This document shows, piece after piece, positions 48,819-58,507 of a stretch of 64,000 bases of DNA. The stretch is taken from NCBI GenBank assembly GCA_023410875.1, contig JAEYPH010000039.1:9919-73918 (forward strand), given 5' to 3'. A program made the translations under genes and the position numbers. Each line of letters begins with the position of its first letter. Positions within the stretch are counted from its first letter, which is position 1. The stretch is from Bacillota bacterium (GTDB lineage: Bacteria; Bacillota; Clostridia; Christensenellales; UMGS416). Under the pieces are notes generated by a model, which did not search any database, was not told where the DNA came from, and was given only the letters and a program-made list of their open reading frames with translations.

Positions 48819-49778
48819 TCATTCCTTGATGGAGCCGATCATGACACCCTTAACGAAGTATTTCTGCAGGAACGGATAAATGCAGATAATCGGAAGGGTC
48901 AGTATGATGAGGAAGGCCATCTTCAGCGATTCCGGCGTCGTGTTGCGGGCGTTTGCGCCCATCAGCACCTCGTTAATTTGTCCCTTGCCGCCGGTGGAGG
49001 TCGTGGAGTTCTCGAACACGGCCTGGCTCAGCAGGTCGTTGAGCAACGTGGCGGCGGGGAAGAGCTCGCGCTTGCGGGGCACGAAGTAGGCGCCGGTAAA
49101 CCAATCGTTCCAGTTGCCCACGCCGACGAACAGTGCGATGGTGGCCATGGCCGGTATCGACAGCGGGAAGATGATTCTGAAGAAAATCCCTAACTCGCTG
49201 CAACCATCCAGTCGTGCGGACTCATTAAGGCTTTCCGGTATCGTGTAGAAGAATGTGCGCAGTATGATCGCGTTGAAGAAGCTGTAGACGCCGGGCACCA
49301 CGTAGACCCAGAAGTTGTTGAGCAGGCCCAGCTGGCGGAACATGATGTACGTGGGGATCAGACCGCCGGAAAACAGCGTGGTGAAGTAAAAGTAGAAGAT
49401 CAACGCCGAGCGGCCGGGCAGGTCGCGCTTGGTCAGCGCGTAGGCCATCAACGCTGTGAAGAAACAAGACAGCACGATGGACAGCACCGTTCGCCCGACG
49501 GAAATTGAAAAGGCCGAGAAGATCAGCGGGTTCGTGAAGGCCTTGGTGTAGTTCTCCAAGGAGAACACGCGAGGTAGGAAGTAGATGCCGCCTTTCAGGG
49601 CGTCTAGGCCGGAGTTGAAGGACAGGATCAGGCAGTACCAGAAGGGGTACAGCGTCACGATAGCCAACGAGATCAGCAGCAAATGATTGACTGATTGCCC
49701 GACCTTGTATGCTGTGGACGTTCTGACCTTAAAGGGCTTGTTCTTTGATATATGCAACGGTGCACGATCGGTCGTCAT
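48819..49778 (-). CDS. Carbohydrate ABC transporter permease (LplC-like)
   Basis: 319-aa multi-TM ORF with EAA loop LNESARLDGCSELGIFFRIIFP. Confidence 0.9.
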   Translation of the reverse strand: MTTDRAPLHISKNKPFKVRTSTAYKVGQSVNHLLLISLAIVTLYPFWYCLILSFNSGLDALKGGIYFLPRVFSLENYTKAFTNPLIFSAFSISVGRTVLSIVLSCFFTALMAYALTKRDLPGRSALIFYFYFTTLFSGGLIPTYIMFRQLGLLNNFWVYVVPGVYSFFNAIILRTFFYTIPESLNESARLDGCSELGIFFRIIFPLSIPAMATIALFVGVGNWNDWFTGAYFVPRKRELFPAATLLNDLLSQAVFENSTTSTGGKGQINEVLMGANARNTTPESLKMAFLIILTLPIICIYPFLQKYFVKGVMIGSIKE

Positions 49779-49849
49779 TTTTTTCGCATTCCTTTCCTAG
49801 CAGCCAGCAAGTGTTTAAAAAACCACCGGCTTTTTAAACGATCGCTCCT

Positions 49850-50800
49850 TTACCACAGAGAGATCTCGGTCACCTTTTTGGATGTGTAGTTGGCGCCTAT
49901 GACCAGAGCCAAGCTGAGCACGCTGCGGAAAAGGCCCATGGCTGTGGCGTAGTCGAACTGGTTCATATTCAGACCGCGCTTGAGCACGTAGGTGTCGATA
50001 ACCTCGGAAACGTCAAAGGTCGGCGGCGTTTGCAACAGCAGGATCTGCTCCATGTTGGAGCCGAACAGGCCGCCAACGCTCAGCAGGAACATGATGCCGA
50101 TGGTGGGCGTAATGCCAGGCAGCGTGATGTGCTGCAGCTTCTGGGCGCCGTTGGCGCCGTCGATCTCGGCGGCTTCATATAGCGTGGGGTCGATGCCGGT
50201 TAACGCCGCCAGATAGATGATGGAACCGTAGCCGATGCCCTTCCACATGTCCGAGAGGACGATGAAAGGCAGGAACAGGTTCTTTTCGCCCAGATAGTAG
50301 ATGGGGTCCAGCCCCATCTGCAGGCGGATATCGTTGAACATGCCGGTGGTGGGAGAGAAGAGCTTATGGATCAGCGCGGCCACGACGACCCAGGACACGA
50401 AGTAGGGCAGGTAGGAGATCGTCTGTATCGTGCGCTTGAAACCGTTGCCGCGCAGGGCGTTGAGCATCAGGGCCAATATGATGGGAGCGGGGAAGTTGAT
50501 GATCAACTTGGTCAAGCTGATGACGACGGTGTTCTTAAGCACCTTGTAGAAGTACGGGTCACTCAGGAAGTCCTGGAAATACCGCAGGCCTACCCAGGGG
50601 CTGAAATACAAGCCCAGGTTGTACTGGAACTTCTTGAACGCAATGACGACGCCGGTCATCGGGTAGTAGCAAAACACCGCATACCATATCACCGCAGGCA
50701 GCAGGAACAGATAGAACGCGGCGTACTTCTGCAGGTTCTTCTGCAGGCTCAACCGGCGCTTGCTTTGGCCGGAGGCGCCTCCCAGGGTCTTTACACTCAT
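49850..50800 (-). CDS. Carbohydrate ABC transporter permease (LplB-like)
   Basis: 316-aa multi-TM ORF with EAA loop YEAAEIDGANGAQKLQHITLP. Confidence 0.9.
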   Translation of the reverse strand: MSVKTLGGASGQSKRRLSLQKNLQKYAAFYLFLLPAVIWYAVFCYYPMTGVVIAFKKFQYNLGLYFSPWVGLRYFQDFLSDPYFYKVLKNTVVISLTKLIINFPAPIILALMLNALRGNGFKRTIQTISYLPYFVSWVVVAALIHKLFSPTTGMFNDIRLQMGLDPIYYLGEKNLFLPFIVLSDMWKGIGYGSIIYLAALTGIDPTLYEAAEIDGANGAQKLQHITLPGITPTIGIMFLLSVGGLFGSNMEQILLLQTPPTFDVSEVIDTYVLKRGLNMNQFDYATAMGLFRSVLSLALVIGANYTSKKVTEISLW

Positions 50801-50928
50801 CTTGTGCCCACCTTATAAATTTGTTGATGCCACCGGCCAAATTGGCCGAAGGAGGGGCTTCACCCACGCGGACGAAGCCAATTAGAGATTAACCACGAAA
50901 TTGGGGCAATCAATTTGTATCTATTCAC

Positions 50929-50957
50929 AGTATAGAAATGCGCGCATGATTTGTCAA
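50929..50957 (-). promoter_or_regulatory. SigA-type promoter of the ABC importer operon
   Basis: On the minus strand: TTGACA (50952-50957), 17-nt spacer, TATACT (50929-50934). It lies about 125 nt upstream of the ATG at 50800. Confidence 0.6.
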
Positions 50958-50965
50958 GAAGAATC

Positions 50966-50976
50966 TTTACATGTAA
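50966..50976. promoter_or_regulatory. Candidate operator TTTACATGTAA (palindromic core TTACATGTAA)
   Basis: It lies just upstream of the -35 of the ABC promoter. The same motif recurs at 52444-52455 in the GH38 promoter. Confidence 0.4.
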
Positions 50977-51185
50977 CTTAAAAGTATATGTATGAACAAA
51001 AAAGGGCAATAGACGCGGATATCGGCGCAGAAAAGATGCCTCTGAGGGCGAAAGACCCACGAAAAAACCCAGAGCGACAGAAAAGCTGCAACCCTGGGCG
51101 TCTATAAAAACATGCACTTCCACCCTTTCATTGGGGTAGAGCTGAAACGTTTTATAGGAAAAAGATGGTATCCATTTCCACCGGG

Positions 51186-52256
51186 TTAGACCGGGGGCAG
51201 CGTTTTGACGGTGTGGCGCTTTTCCAGCCAGACTTCGTGGTCGATGCTTCGCAGCGGGCGCTTCTCCAGCAGAGCAGCGCTGATCTCATCAACTGCGCTC
51301 TTGCCCATCTGTGCGCTGGGCACATCGATGGCCGTGAAGGGAACGCCGTATACCGGCGAATAGGGATAATCGCCGTACCCCATGATGGACACGTCCTCAT
51401 AGATGCGCAGGCCGTTTTGGAACAGCCATTTGCTCACAGCCATGATGGCCAGACTGGTGTGGCTGCAAATGGCGGTGATGCGGCCGGACAGGATATCCTG
51501 CACGGTGAACCGCTGTAAAAACCCTGAAAGATAGTCATCGCTGCGGGTGAGCATCGTGGTGTCGTACTCGATGCCGGCATCCTTAAGGGCCTGCAAAAAG
51601 CCCTTTTCTCGCCGCTCAATGGTCAACACCGGGCGGGCACTGGAGACATTGGCGATGTATCTGTGGCCCTTTTTGGCCAAATAGGAGCCCATTTGGTAGC
51701 CGCCATCATAGTCGTCGCAGGTGATGCACGGCAAACCCATCTTTTTGGCGGGGTTGTCTATGAGGAGGATGGGCAGGCCGGCATCCTGCAGGCAGGCCAT
51801 CGCGCGGTAATCCTCGTCGGTTTCGTATCCGCAGGTGATGGCAGCGATGTAATCGCTGAGCTTCTCTCGGGCAATCTGCTCGTAGCGCTGCTGCGAGGCG
51901 GTGGTGTTGAGTATTTTATAGTCGAAGCCCAGCAGGTTGGCCTGCTCCACGCAGCCCATGGTGACGCGGAACAGAAAGCCGTCGCCCATCTCGTGGGGCA
52001 GAGCGATGAGCAGCTTGCCCCGGTAGGGCGTCTCATCCTGGGTGGCCATAACCAAGCCCTTGCCCGCCACGCGGCGGATCAGGCCTATACGAATCAGGTC
52101 TTCCACAGCCTTGCGGGCGGTGGGGCGGCTGACGCCAAAACGGCGGGCATAGCCCACCTCGGTGTCCAGCGCCTCGCCGGGCTTCTTGTCGCGGGCGTCG
52201 GCCTCGATGAGTTCCCGCACCTGCTCGTAAATCTTCTTCGTGTATCCATTATCCAT
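51186..52256 (-). CDS. AraR-like regulator (GntR-type winged HTH + LacI/PBP-type sugar-binding domain)
   Basis: 356 aa. The N-terminal GntR HTH is EVGYARRFGVSRPTARKAVEDLIRIGLIRRVAGKGLVMA. The C-terminal two-thirds has the periplasmic-binding-fold pattern. Confidence 0.8.
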   Translation of the reverse strand: MDNGYTKKIYEQVRELIEADARDKKPGEALDTEVGYARRFGVSRPTARKAVEDLIRIGLIRRVAGKGLVMATQDETPYRGKLLIALPHEMGDGFLFRVTMGCVEQANLLGFDYKILNTTASQQRYEQIAREKLSDYIAAITCGYETDEDYRAMACLQDAGLPILLIDNPAKKMGLPCITCDDYDGGYQMGSYLAKKGHRYIANVSSARPVLTIERREKGFLQALKDAGIEYDTTMLTRSDDYLSGFLQRFTVQDILSGRITAICSHTSLAIMAVSKWLFQNGLRIYEDVSIMGYGDYPYSPVYGVPFTAIDVPSAQMGKSAVDEISAALLEKRPLRSIDHEVWLEKRHTVKTLPPV

Positions 52257-52369
52257 GCGAAGACCAACTTCTCTTCATAAAATCGTTCATATCGAAACAG
52301 GCGGTTCGTCCCGAAACCCGTCGAAATTTTTTATGGAAACCTTACCCCACTCTTATGAATTTATTGAAT

Positions 52370-52398
52370 ATTATATATGCTGTAAGGCGAAATGACAA
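52370..52398 (-). promoter_or_regulatory. SigA-type promoter of the regulator gene
   Basis: On the minus strand: TTGTCA (52393-52398), 17-nt spacer, TATAAT (52370-52375). Confidence 0.6.
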
Positions 52399-52443
52399 CA
52401 ATTGTGAAATAAAAACATGTAATATTATTTGCAAGTCGGACTG

Positions 52444-52470
52444 TTTACATGTAAAAAAATATGGTATGAT
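52444..52470 (+). promoter_or_regulatory. Extended -10 promoter of the GH38 operon, overlapped by the palindrome TTTACATGTAAA
   Basis: TTTACA lies at 52444-52449, followed by a 15-nt spacer containing TG at 52462-52463, then TATGAT at 52465-52470. The perfect 12-bp palindrome at 52444-52455 covers the -35. A related half-site, AAACATGTAAT, lies at about 52413-52423. Confidence 0.5.
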
Positions 52471-52537
52471 GGTGCCGATGTGCGAGCCTTGGCGGCAACC
52501 AGCCGCCGCATGGCCGCGTAAAAAGGATGGAGAGCCT

Positions 52538-55435
52538 ATGCAAAGCCTTGTGCAGAAATTCACCGCCGTGAAGACCAGCGTCGGTGGGAACCGCGAAAAG
52601 CGGCATTATGAAGATACGTTCGGAATGCCCCGGGAAGAAGCCAACCGCATCACGATGCCCAACCGCTGGCAGCGCCGGCTGCTGGGCCAATTGGAGTTCG
52701 CCCTGAAGCTTTCCGAATCACTGAATGGTCGGTTTGACGACTGTCTGCATGAAACATTGGACTGCTTGCTGGAGCAGGTCGCCGATCAAGGCGCGCTGAC
52801 CCGCGACGACGTGGAACGCGCCGAGGCGAAGCTTTCGCCGTTGCAAGCCGCCGCAAAGGAATACCGGCTGATACTGGCAGGCCATGCCCACATCGACATG
52901 AACTGGATGTGGTCTTATCACGAGACCGTGGCCGCCACGCTGGAAACCTTCCGCACGATGCTGACGATCATGGACGAATACCAGGATTTCCACTTCTCCC
53001 AGTCTCAGGCGGCGGTTTATAAAATCGTCGAGGAATACGACCCGGCGCTGATGGAGCGCATCAAGGCCCGTATCGCCGAAGGCCGTTGGGAAGTCACCGC
53101 ATCGGCTTGGGTGGAGACGGACAAGAACATGCCGTCCACGGAGTCCCTGGTGCGCCATATTCTCTATACCAAAAAATACCTTCAGGAGACCTGGGGCGTA
53201 CCCGCCGACAGCCTGGAAGTGGATTTCTCCCCGGACACCTTTGGCCACAGCGCCCATTTGAGCGAGCTGAACGGGCATGGCGGCGTGAAATACTACTACC
53301 ATTGCCGCGGTCTGGACGGCGACAACGTGCTGTATCGCTGGCGCGCGCCCAGCGGCGCGGAGGTGCTTGCCTACCGTGAGCCCTATTGGTACAACAGCGC
53401 CATCACGCCGGTGATTGGCGCGGGCCTCATCGACGTGGCCCGCCGCAGCGGGGGGCTTAAGACCGGGCTGGTGGTATATGGCGTGGGTGACCACGGCGGC
53501 GGCCCCACCCGCCGCGACATCGAGCGCGCCCGAGAAATGCAGTCCTGGCCCATCTTCCCGGTCGTGGAGTTCGGCACCTTCCGCAAATACTTCCAGGCCG
53601 CCGAGAGCGTGCGCGAGAACCTGGAAGTCGTGGACCGCGAACTGAACTTCACCTTCCCCGGCTGTTACACGACCCAGAGCCGCATCAAGATGGGCAACCG
53701 CCGCAGCGAGGCCGCTTTGGCCGACGCCGAAGCCATCAATGCTCTGGCGGCGTCGTTGACCGGCGCCCCCTATCGCCACCGCGCCTATGAGCAGGCCTGG
53801 CAGAAGGTGCTCTTCACCCACTTCCATGACATTCTGACCGGCTCCTGTGTGCAGGACAGCCGCGAGCACGCCATGGGCCTGTTCAGCGAAGCGCAAGCCG
53901 CTGCTCAGTCCTCCCGTCTGATCACCCTGCGCGCCATCACGGCCCGCATCGATTCCTCGTCGCTGCTCAGCGATGAGGACGTGTCGGCCAGCCAATCCGA
54001 AGGGGCCGGCGTCGGGTACGGTATAGGCTATCCCACCCCTGGCGGCTATGGCACCGCTGGCCTTTGCGGCGCGGGGCTGCTGGCCGCTGAGCGCGGCGCC
54101 GGCCTTAAGCGAATCCTGCACATCTTCAACCCCAGCGCCCACCGCCGTGACGCCGTCGTCGAGGTCACCATTTGGGACTGGGTGGGCGACATGTCCCGCA
54201 TCCGCCTGCAAGACGGGCAGGGCAAACAAGCTGATTTCCAGTTGCTAGATAACGATCTGCGTACCTATTGGGATCACAAGTATTTCCGGCTGCTGCTGCG
54301 GGTAGATTTGCCGGCCATGGGTTATGCGACCTATGTGCTGGATGAGGCGGAAATGACCAGCTATCCCGTCTACTATCAGCCGCCGATCCGCACCACCGGC
54401 GCTTTCGACCCCTATGTGCTGGAAAACGAATTCCTGCGGGTGCAGTTGGACGCCGCCACCGCCGAGGTTGTATCCATGGTGGATAAGAAAACCGGCCGTG
54501 AGCTGATCCGCACCGGCGACACCGCCGGCCTGCGCCTGGTGGACACCGAGGCCAAAACGTCCAGCGCCTGGCTCATTGGCCGCTACATCCACACCGAGAA
54601 GGTCAATCGCAACATCAAGATCAACACCCTACCCGCCGGCCCCGTGCGCCGGGGCGTGGAAGTAGAAATCCCCTTCCGCAGCTCCACGGCCAAGCTCAGC
54701 CTGTGGCTGGACCAGGGCTGCCCGGCCTTGCAGGCCGACCTCAAGGTGGACTGGCACGAGATCGCCAAGGGTGATTCCCCCGTGCCGGTGCTGACCTATG
54801 CGGTGCCGCTGCAGGGGGCGCCGGAGCAATATCTTTTCGATGTGCCCGCGGGCGTACAGAGCCGCGGCCCCTATAGCCAGGACGTGCCCGGCTTGCAATA
54901 CGGCGCCGCCGTGGCCGCCGGCCGGGCGCTGGCGCTGGTTTGCGACAGCAAGTACGGCTACCGTGCCGATGGCCAGTCGCTGATCCTGACGCTGATCAAT
55001 GCAGCCAACAGCCCCGACCCGTATCCGGAACGCGGCATTCACACTGTGCGTTTTGCTGTGGCGGTGGCCGACGCATGCCCCAAGGCGTTGGAGGAGCTGG
55101 CTTTTGACCTGAACCGCCTGCCGGCGGCGGTCTCCGAGCGGCCGCACAGCGGCGATTTGCCGCTGGCTGCCTCTTTGCTGGAGTTGGAAGAGGGCGGCTC
55201 CGCGGTGATCAGCGGCATCAAAGCAGCCGAGGACGGCAAGGGCGTCATCGTGCGCCTGTATAACCCCATCGGTACATCCACAACGGCGCGGCTGGCGCTG
55301 ATGAAGGCTCCCCGCGCCGCCCACACGGTGGACGCGATGGAACAGCCCGCAGCGGGCAGCGCAGCCGTGGTCGGCAACACTGTAACCCTGCAACTGGGAC
55401 CCAACCGCCTGCAGGCGGTCCGGATAGAGTTCTAA
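52538..55435 (+). CDS. GH38 alpha-mannosidase (cytoplasmic type)
   Basis: Starts at ATG 52538 (MQSLVQKF) after GGATGGAGAG. The track start at 52355 lies in the AT-rich promoter. Motifs are GHAHIDMNWMW, FSPDTFGHS and GVGDHGGGPT. About 965 aa. Confidence 0.85.
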   Translation: MQSLVQKFTAVKTSVGGNREKRHYEDTFGMPREEANRITMPNRWQRRLLGQLEFALKLSESLNGRFDDCLHETLDCLLEQVADQGALTRDDVERAEAKLSPLQAAAKEYRLILAGHAHIDMNWMWSYHETVAATLETFRTMLTIMDEYQDFHFSQSQAAVYKIVEEYDPALMERIKARIAEGRWEVTASAWVETDKNMPSTESLVRHILYTKKYLQETWGVPADSLEVDFSPDTFGHSAHLSELNGHGGVKYYYHCRGLDGDNVLYRWRAPSGAEVLAYREPYWYNSAITPVIGAGLIDVARRSGGLKTGLVVYGVGDHGGGPTRRDIERAREMQSWPIFPVVEFGTFRKYFQAAESVRENLEVVDRELNFTFPGCYTTQSRIKMGNRRSEAALADAEAINALAASLTGAPYRHRAYEQAWQKVLFTHFHDILTGSCVQDSREHAMGLFSEAQAAAQSSRLITLRAITARIDSSSLLSDEDVSASQSEGAGVGYGIGYPTPGGYGTAGLCGAGLLAAERGAGLKRILHIFNPSAHRRDAVVEVTIWDWVGDMSRIRLQDGQGKQADFQLLDNDLRTYWDHKYFRLLLRVDLPAMGYATYVLDEAEMTSYPVYYQPPIRTTGAFDPYVLENEFLRVQLDAATAEVVSMVDKKTGRELIRTGDTAGLRLVDTEAKTSSAWLIGRYIHTEKVNRNIKINTLPAGPVRRGVEVEIPFRSSTAKLSLWLDQGCPALQADLKVDWHEIAKGDSPVPVLTYAVPLQGAPEQYLFDVPAGVQSRGPYSQDVPGLQYGAAVAAGRALALVCDSKYGYRADGQSLILTLINAANSPDPYPERGIHTVRFAVAVADACPKALEELAFDLNRLPAAVSERPHSGDLPLAASLLELEEGGSAVISGIKAAEDGKGVIVRLYNPIGTSTTARLALMKAPRAAHTVDAMEQPAAGSAAVVGNTVTLQLGPNRLQAVRIEF

Positions 55436-55468
55436 CCGGAAACAGGAAAGAGGAAAAGGAGACTACCC

Positions 55469-56563
55469 ATGGACAGAAAGCTGCGCATTGGTTTCATCGG
55501 CACCGGTGGAATCGCCCATGCCCACATGGCCGCTTACTCCAAGTTCGACGATGTGGAGATCGTCGGTGGCGCCGACATCGTGCCCGGCAAGGCTCGGGCT
55601 TTCCTGGACAAGTGGAACCTCCCCAATGCCCAGGCCTTCGAGAGCGCCAAAGAGCTCATCGAAAACGTCGAGATGGACGGCGTCACCGTTTGCACCTACA
55701 ACAAGACTCACGCCGAGTGCGTCGTCGCCGCTTTCGAGGCCGGCCTGCACGTGCAGTGTGAGAAACCCATGAGCTTTACGCTGCAGGAAGCAGTCGATAT
55801 GGTGCGCGCCTCCCGCAAGGCCAACAAAATGTTGACCATCGGCTTCCAGCCCCGCTATGACCGCATGCGCCAGAAGGTTGACGATATCATCAATTCCGGC
55901 GCACTGGGCAAGGTGTATTACATCCAGAGCGGCGGCGGCCGCCGCCGGGGTATCCCGGGCAGCACCTTTGTGCAGGAAGAAAAGGCGGGCTTCGGCTGCC
56001 TGGGCGACATCGGCTGCTATTCCATCGACGAGTGCCTGCATGCCGTGCACTATCCCAAGCCGCTGACGGTCTCCGCTGTGGCGACGGATTACTTTGGCAC
56101 CAACCCCAAATATTGGGCCGACGCCGAGAACTTTCATGTGGACGACTTCTCCGTGGCTTTTGTGCGCTGCGAGGGTGACTTGACCTTCGTATTCAAGCAG
56201 AGTTGGGCCATGCACGCCGACAGCCTGGGCGACACGCTGTGGCTGGGCACCGAGGGCGCCATCAAGGTCTGCAACGGCTTTGACTATGCCAACAAGCCCT
56301 CCCGCGTCATGTATTTCACCGACGTCAACGGCATGCAGGTGGACAGCTTCGTATTGCCCAGCCACGCCTTTGACGCTTACTCCGGCCCCGGCGGCATCGA
56401 CATCTTTGCCGCCAAGGTGCGCGCCTACTGCGATGCCATCATCAATGGCGATCCCGCACCGATCCCCGGCGAGGAGATCCTGATGAACCAGGCCATCTGC
56501 GATGGCATCTATCGTTCCGCCAAGCTCAAGAAGGAAGTTGAGATCATCATCCCGAAGATTTAA
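55469..56563 (+). CDS. Gfo/Idh/MocA-family NAD(P)-dependent oxidoreductase
   Basis: 364 aa. The N-terminal Rossmann motif is LRIGFIGTGGIAHAH, with the EKP motif (VQCEKPMS). Confidence 0.85.
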   Translation: MDRKLRIGFIGTGGIAHAHMAAYSKFDDVEIVGGADIVPGKARAFLDKWNLPNAQAFESAKELIENVEMDGVTVCTYNKTHAECVVAAFEAGLHVQCEKPMSFTLQEAVDMVRASRKANKMLTIGFQPRYDRMRQKVDDIINSGALGKVYYIQSGGGRRRGIPGSTFVQEEKAGFGCLGDIGCYSIDECLHAVHYPKPLTVSAVATDYFGTNPKYWADAENFHVDDFSVAFVRCEGDLTFVFKQSWAMHADSLGDTLWLGTEGAIKVCNGFDYANKPSRVMYFTDVNGMQVDSFVLPSHAFDAYSGPGGIDIFAAKVRAYCDAIINGDPAPIPGEEILMNQAICDGIYRSAKLKKEVEIIIPKI

Positions 56564-56602
56564 TGCAACATACAACTGTCAATCTTAAAGGAGGCCTTCC
56601 CC

Positions 56603-57583
56603 ATGATCCAAGTAGCGATGCTCTCCAAGTGGCATGTGCATGCCGGCGACTACGCCCGCGGCGTACAGAACTCCGGCGTGGCCAAGATCACCTGCGTGTG
56701 GGATGAGGACGCCCAGCGCGGCCAGACCTGGGCCGACGAGCTGGGTGTGCCCTTTGTGGCTGATCTGGACACGCTGCTGGCCCGCAAGGATGTGGACGCC
56801 GTCGTCGTGGACACGCCCACCAGCGACCACTGCCGCGTGATGGTGGCCGCCGCCAACGCCGGCAAGCACATCTTCACCGAGAAGGCCCTGGCCCCCACGG
56901 TGGCCGAGTGCAAGCAGATCGCCGAAGCCGTGGCCAAAAACGGCGTCAAGTTCGTGATCTCCCACCCCTTCCTGACCACCGGCCTTGCGCAGTATGCCAA
57001 GCAGCTGATCGAAGACGGCACGCTGGGCGACATCCACTATATGCGCTTCCGCAACGCCCATAACGGCTCGCTGGCCGGCTGGCTGCCCCCTCACTGGTAT
57101 GATATGGAGAAGACCGGCGGCGGCGCCATGATGGACCTGGGCTGCCACCCGATGTACACCGCTGCCTATCTGCTGGGCAAGCCCAGCCGCATCACGTCCA
57201 TGTTCAACCGCACCCATGCCCCCGCCGGCGACGACAACGCCGTAAGCGTCGTGGAGTTCGAGAACAAGGCCATCGCCGTGCTGGAGACGTCCTTTGTGTC
57301 CCCCGCTGATGCCGGCTGCTTCGAGCTGCTGGGCTCCAAGGGCGCACTGGTCAGCGTTGGCGGCCAGGTCAAGGTGCGCAGCACCGACTTCGGCGTGGAT
57401 GGCTGGGTGCTGATCGACAAGCTGCCAGCGGCCTTGCCCATGGCCATGCAGCAGTGGTTCGACGGCATCCTCAACGGCACCCCGATCCCCTATGACACCG
57501 AACGCGGCATCGCTCTGACCGAGCTGCTGGAGAACGCTTACAAGGCCGATCGCGAGCAGCGCATCGTGAAGATCGAGGGATAA
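56603..57583 (+). CDS. Gfo/Idh/MocA-family NAD(P)-dependent oxidoreductase (second paralog)
   Basis: 326 aa. The N-terminus is MIQVAMLSKWHVHAGDYA, with an EKA-type motif (IFTEKALA). It has the typical family length and pattern. Confidence 0.8.
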   Translation: MIQVAMLSKWHVHAGDYARGVQNSGVAKITCVWDEDAQRGQTWADELGVPFVADLDTLLARKDVDAVVVDTPTSDHCRVMVAAANAGKHIFTEKALAPTVAECKQIAEAVAKNGVKFVISHPFLTTGLAQYAKQLIEDGTLGDIHYMRFRNAHNGSLAGWLPPHWYDMEKTGGGAMMDLGCHPMYTAAYLLGKPSRITSMFNRTHAPAGDDNAVSVVEFENKAIAVLETSFVSPADAGCFELLGSKGALVSVGGQVKVRSTDFGVDGWVLIDKLPAALPMAMQQWFDGILNGTPIPYDTERGIALTELLENAYKADREQRIVKIEG

Positions 57584-57590
57584 CGCGTCC

Positions 57591-58481
57591 ATGACCGGGA
57601 CTATCTATAACATCCAGCGCTTCTCCATCCACGACGGACCGGGCATTCGCACCACGGTGTTCTTCAAGGGTTGCAACCTGCGATGCCTGTGGTGCCACAA
57701 CCCCGAATCCATCTCCCGGCGGCCGGAAGTGGAATTCTACCCGGAGCGCTGCATCGGGTGTGGGCGGTGCTTTGACGCCTGCCCCACCCATGCTCATATT
57801 CTGGACGAGACCGGCGCACACCGCATCGACCGCAGCCTCTGCGAGGGATGCCTGGCGTGCGCCGGCGTCTGCTATGCCGAAGCGCTGGTGGGCGTGGGCC
57901 GCCAGGTGAGCGCGGAAGAGCTGCTGGCCTCCATCCTGACCGACCGGCCCTACTATGAGCAATCCGGCGGCGGCGTCACGTTCTCCGGTGGCGAGTGCAT
58001 GGCGCAGGCGAATTTCCTAAGCGAGATACTGGCCGCCTGCCGGCGCGAGGGCATCCACACCGCCGTGGACACCGCGGGCAACGTGCCCTGGGAGAGCTTC
58101 GAGAAGGTGTTGGAGCACACGGATCTCTTCCTCTATGACCTGAAGGCCGCCGACAGCGAAACCCACCGGCGTCTGACCGGCGCGGGAAACGAACGCATCC
58201 TGAGCAACCTGAAAAACTTGAGCGTGGCAAGAAAACGCATCATCGTACGCATACCCTATATACCGGGGTGCAACGACGGTGAGATTGAGGCCATGGCGAA
58301 TATTCTGAAGGCTTTAGCCGTGGAGCGCGTGGAAGTGATGCCCTATCACCGCCTGGGGGAGGGCAAATACGCCGCGCTGGGCATCACTGCCCAAACCGCC
58401 ATCACCATCCCCACGCCTCAGGAAACCCAGGCCGCCGTGGAACTGCTGCGCAGCCACGGCATCAACGCCCATCCGGCATGA
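57591..58481 (+). CDS. Glycyl-radical enzyme activating enzyme (radical SAM, with two auxiliary 4Fe-4S motifs)
   Basis: The N-terminus is IQRFSIHDGPGIRTTVFFKGCNLRCLWCHNPES (CX3CX2C). Auxiliary cluster motifs are CIGCGRCFDACP and CEGCLACAGVC. GGVTFSGGE is also present. Confidence 0.9.
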   Translation: MTGTIYNIQRFSIHDGPGIRTTVFFKGCNLRCLWCHNPESISRRPEVEFYPERCIGCGRCFDACPTHAHILDETGAHRIDRSLCEGCLACAGVCYAEALVGVGRQVSAEELLASILTDRPYYEQSGGGVTFSGGECMAQANFLSEILAACRREGIHTAVDTAGNVPWESFEKVLEHTDLFLYDLKAADSETHRRLTGAGNERILSNLKNLSVARKRIIVRIPYIPGCNDGEIEAMANILKALAVERVEVMPYHRLGEGKYAALGITAQTAITIPTPQETQAAVELLRSHGINAHPA

Positions 58482-58507
58482 CCGAGCATCCAAGGGGGAG
58501 ACGCCTA

